Part shown: positions 55,236 through 60,000 of the stretch, one piece after another
Position numbering within the stretch: the first letter of the stretch is position 1
Layout: every line of letters begins with the position of its first letter
Made by a program: the position numbers and the translations under genes
The notes under the pieces: model-generated
Seen by the model: the letters and a program-made list of their open reading frames with translations, nothing else
Told to the model about the DNA's origin: nothing
The model's database searches: none
Source: Felis catus
Taxonomy: Eukaryota
Length of the DNA: 60,000 nt
Reading direction: 5' to 3'
Assembly (NCBI RefSeq): GCF_018350175.1
Contig: NC_058369.1
Location: forward strand, 1,056,001 to 1,116,000

Positions 55236-58200
55236 ACCGTGGCCCCAGGAAAGTGGCCCCAGGAAACTCGAGAAAGGAAAGGAAACCAAACCGTGTGGCT
55301 GCCTGCCTGCCTGCCTTCAGGGGACAGGGAGCTTTGCAGGGGACAGCGCTGGGGCCACCTGGGGCCCGAGGGAGGGAAGAGACTGCGGCCTGTGGCTTGC
55401 CTTTTGCCTTGGAGCCCATATCTTAAGTCGTACTCAGGAGAAAGGGAGCGGACAGAAATGCTTCAGGTGCAGACAGGAGGCAAAACCAGAGGGGCGGGGG
55501 GGAGCGGCCACTCCGTGCCCCCCACCTCACGGCTGAACACCAGAGGGTACGGGGGAGGGAGACTGGGGGCAGGGCGCACAGCCGCCCCTGGTAAGAGGTG
55601 GAGGGACCACCCAGAGGGGGGCCTCCCTCCCAGCCCACCTTGACCCCCCCAACCAGTCCAGAGGCACCAATGGGAGACCCGCCCCAGCCTAACGACCCCT
55701 GAGTGAACAGAGGGAAGGCAGTGCCCTGCCCTCTCCTCCCCGCAGAAGTCCTGGCTGCCAGCAAAGCGGAAGCGCCCAGACCAGCCACAGGCTGGGGGGC
55801 ACTTACTGGGCACGTCCACCAGGGGCTTGGAGGGGCCGGACTGGCGGGTCTCAAAGGGGCCTCCGGCCCGGCCCACCTCACTCCCCACCCTGCCCTCCTT
55901 TGGCTAAGAGTCCTTCCCCTGGTGGGGGAGATGGGAGTTAGGGTCCACGTAGCGGCAATGCCCCTCCCCCAGGGGCCGGTCAGGGAGGCACCGATGGGGG
56001 GGGGGGGTCTTTCCCTCCCCCTCCCCGAGGAAAAGGGCTACTAACAATGCAGGGCAGCCAGGAGCCCCTTAGCCAGGTTCCAAGTAATGAAGCCACTTCA
56101 CATTTTGAAAGGAAGGGTTTCCCCCCAAGGGAGGGAGAGAGGAGGCCCCACAAAGAGCCTGAGGCCACCTTAGCTCTGGGGGACCGGAGGCAGAGAGGCC
56201 AGGAGGGAGGCCGTCTCGTTTTCCACCTTGGAGCCCATACCGGCATTGTAAGGGCAGTCACACCGGCTCGCTCCACCCTCTCTAGCCTCCAAGCACCCTG
56301 GCCTCTCAACCGGGAAGGGGCGAGTGCACTTGGGGTCCCAGCAGCTCAGACGCTGAAGGGGGTGCAGCCCCCGGCTGAGCCCAGTCCAAGCACCCAGCCC
56401 CTCGGTATGAGCCCTGCCAACACAGGGCACTTTCAGTCCCAGCTGGAGGCTGCCTTCACCACCACGAAGCAAAAAGCAACACCCTCAGTGGGCCTAAGAA
56501 GGTCAAGGCCAAGAGCCTGCCCCTGTGGGGCTTCTGGTTCCCCACTGGTCCTGTAAGTTTTCATCAACAGCCTGAGGGTCTCTAGACAGGTCTAGAAGCT
56601 TTGAGTGCAGCTGCCAGGAGCTCTGTTACAACCTCGTGGCACAGGGAGCCCAGAGTTCAGTCCCTGCAGGCAGGCGCCCGCTGAGCCCCAGCCAAGGCTA
56701 CTTGAGGCTTCGGGGAGGGGAGAGCAAAAGCTACCGGTTCCCCAGGCACGTGGCCCCTGCCCCGCCCTGCTTCGGAGGGCCGGGTCCCTGGCGGAGCCTG
56801 TGGGAACTGGAGGAGCTCCCCAAGAAAATGTTTTGCGAGCCGCGGGGTGCCCTGGGGGCACCGCCCACCCGCCTGCGGGAACACAGCAGAAGGCTCTGGG
56901 CAGGTGGCACCTTGTGAGGCCGGCCCTCAGGGCACCGTGGAAGGCGTCTTCCAATGATCAGGGGGTTGATCCGGATGGGAGCCAAGAGCGCTCCCGTGGG
57001 GGTTTGCCCCTGGAAAAGCAAGATCAACTGGGCTGATTTTTGGAAAAGGTAAGTCACCAAATGCCTCTTCCCACCCCTGCCGCCAGCCCACACAGGCCAA
57101 GTCTTCCCCTGGTGGTGCCTGAGCCTCGGTTCTGTGCCCTCGGAGGCCACGCGTCCACCAGACCTGCCCTGCTGAAGGACAGAGCCGCCCTCCTCTGGCT
57201 CTCCCGGCCGTGGAGGCCCGACACCCTCTCTGACCACCAGCCTCTAGGATAGGCTTCCAGCATGGCGGACACCAGGCCTGCTTCCCCATCCCCACAAGGG
57301 AAGGCCAGACCCCCGCTTTCCAGGGCTGTGGGTCACTGAGTGCAAAAGCCCACGTGGGGCTGGGTCAAGGCTCGCTATGGAGACCACAAGGGGCTGAGAG
57401 AACAGCAGGACAGGGCAGCCGGCCCCAGTCATCCGACCCTTCCCCCTGCCGGGGGACACCCAATTCTGGCCGCACCCGCGCCTCTGCGCCTCACTCCGCT
57501 CCGGACAACACCGCGCAGCCTCCCGTCCACAACGCACGCGGACTCGACGAGACGGCCAAGCACGGAGGCCACACTGGGGGAGGCCCGTGAGCCCCACCGG
57601 GAACTTCAGGCGTGGACAGAGCCCTCCTTCCACAGATAAGGAGCCGGAGTCTCGGCCAGCCTAGCTGCCAGCCCCGCCCAGCCGGAGAGGTCTGACCCCA
57701 AAGCCTGGGTCCTCTCCCCCCTCCGGAAAGGAGAGCCGGCGCCGCCTCCTGAAGGGCTGGCCGTCGCCGCTCCCCTCCTTCTACTCGGCCCCAGGTCCGA
57801 GGCCGATAAGCACACAGCGCACAGCGGTCCCACCCCGGCTTTGAGCTCTGATAAGACACGAGCGGGGCTCTCCTCCAACCCCGCTGGCGGTGGGGTGACA
57901 GCCGGCTGACCCCACACGGGGGCGGCGGGGACACAGGAGGAGACGGTCCCTACAGCACCAGAGATAAGCAGGATACACTGGCTGCTTGTGTGGAGCCGAA
58001 GTGGAGACACTAAACCCACCCACGTTCTGAGGACTCCATAGGGGGCGAGGCCTCGCAGAAAGGGGGGACATCCCCAGAAGACCACGGTGGCAGAAAGGAC
58101 CCTGGCTGACGGCCAGCCCGGGCTGGCTCGGCTGGAATGCAGGGCAGGCAGCCGACTGGGGCACAGCGGTTCTGAGCGCTCACCACCCCTATGGGGGGCA

Positions 58201-60000
58201 GGGCAGTCCCCAGGTCCTCAGAGGGGCTGGCTGTCACTACTCCCCTCCAGGCCCAGAGTCTCTGTTCCCGGGGCCCCCCACACCCCACTCCTGGACATCC
58301 AAGTGCCCCACTGGACAGAGCAGGAGCCTGAAGCCCAGGGAAAAAGTACCTGGCCACTCACTCATTCCGGAGCAGAGGGCAGAGGCCTGTGGCTGCCTGT
58401 GGCACCCCGGACACGCAGGAAGAGAACCGTGACAGCCAACAGAAGCAGGTGTTTGAGAGTGCACGTGAGGGACACCTGGGCTGTGCCTGGGGAGCGGGGC
58501 CTGGGGTCCACCTCCACCTTGGGCTGATGACACTGGACGGCCCGACCCCTGGACGGCCTCCCCTCACTGCCCTCTGCCCCCTGGAGCCTCCCCTCAGCTC
58601 TAAAGCCCCCAGCCCAGAAGCCAGCTCGAGGCCAGGGCCCCAGGCACACCTGGGAATACCGGTCGCTCGGCACTCCGCGCCCTCCCCAGGGCCTGATCCT
58701 GGGAGGACCAGGACAGCAGTACCCACGTGGAGTCGCGGAGTCTAAATACGACGGGGCTCAACCATGCGGCAAAAACACAGGGAAGCATACAGCACAGGCC
58801 AAAAAAACAGAGAACCCAGAAATCCCTAAAGAGCACAAAAACGCAACAGAACAGCACCCTCGAAGGACTAGGCCGCACTGGCAACAACGGGCCTCCCAGG
58901 GGTGCAGCTGACCGTGGCCCGTTCTCTGCGGCGCCCCCTCTGCTCCTGCGGCCAGGCCACCATGGGCATGGAACACTGCGGCCCCCCTTCTGCCCTCACA
59001 GCCAGTCCACGGCAGGCGCAGACCGCTTTCAGGGTCCAAACACACGATTTCAGCAGTTCTCTCGCTCTGGCCCTGGGGCATTTCCAACACGCTGGCCAGT
59101 GGGTGTTCCTGGGGTCACCTTCCTCCACAACACAGGCTCCTGGGAGGTCCTGGGAGGCCTAGAACGTGGAACAGTGTCCTCTGGATGCTCCAGGTGAAGC
59201 TGGCAGGGAAGGAAGGCCACGCCCATCACGGCCATTCCTGGAACGTGGGTTCAAGACACGGGGGGAGCCGGCTGTGTCCCCTAAGAGCCCACACACCAAC
59301 ATCACCCATCAGCATCAGTGGCTTCTATTACTTGACCCCCCAGGAAGGTGCTGGGCGGGGGGGGGGGGGTTGGGGAGGTGGGGAGTGATGAGGACAGATT
59401 TCCCAGGTAGACCAGCCCCTCCCCCACCCGCATATTTGGACAGCTTCCTGCCCAGAGCCCGATGGACTGTCTCAGCGGCTCCTCCAGGCAGCCCTCCGAG
59501 ACTGTCCCTGCAGAAGAGGTGGGACTCAGCTGCTTGGGCAGGCCTGTGCTCATGGGTGCGTGGGGATGGGGGCCCCAGAGCTTTTGGGCCCTGTCTCCTG
59601 AAACAGCACCCACATTCCTGCTCTTTGAGGGCCCTCTGGGCCACTCCGCTGGAGAAGAGCACACAGGTCTCCCAGGACAAACAACAGTGTTGTGTGACCG
59701 TCAACTAGGACACATAGGGACAAGCTTCACCCGGATGTGCCTGGAGTGAAAGCGGTCCCAGTGCTACCCGGACATGCCCTCCCTGTTACCTCCTGGGCCT
59801 TGCCTCCCCCTGTCCCCTGCACCCACCCCCACCTCCCAGTCTGTGGGGTGGACTCCCAGACCACAGCAGTACTCAGGGGCCCGTGCTGGAGGAGTCAGAA
59901 TCAGTGTCGCAACACTGACCCCTGCTGGAGCCGCGGGGGATGGCAGCAATGCTGGCGAGCAGCCTCCCCTCCCCTGCCCCAGTTCCCCCCAAACCACAGG

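Noticed and set aside
53823..60000. Many short ORFs in REXO1 intron 1
   Set aside because: No splice-consistent exon or protein similarity recognised; expected in GC-rich intronic DNA

Overview
GC-rich mammalian genomic DNA. The carnivore/felid-type CAN-SINEs point to a cat-family genome, and the gene order matches human 19p13.3. The window holds three genes. (1) The 3' half of ONECUT3 on +: a long intron, the homeodomain exon at 17091-17383, and a ~3.9 kb 3' UTR. (2) The complete P4-ATPase flippase gene ATP8B3 on -, with 28 coding exons traced by hand (39921 to 21796). (3) Coding exons 2-16 of REXO1 on - (53822 to 43832); exon 1 lies beyond the window. Introns carry CAN-SINEs, old L1/HAL1/L2/MIR/MLT1/MER58 fragments, a ~3 kb G-rich minisatellite and several microsatellites. 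I found no convincing new biological system. The most notable observations are a 1-nt frameshift in an early ATP8B3 exon, a compensated frameshift pair in REXO1 exon 6, a human-like ATP8B3 start now acting as an out-of-frame overlapping uORF, a dense set of neural miRNA seed sites between two ONECUT3 poly(A) signals, and ONECUT-type motifs in the ONECUT3 intron. The indels could be homopolymer assembly errors. Orthologue and repeat-consensus comparisons are from memory, not from searches.
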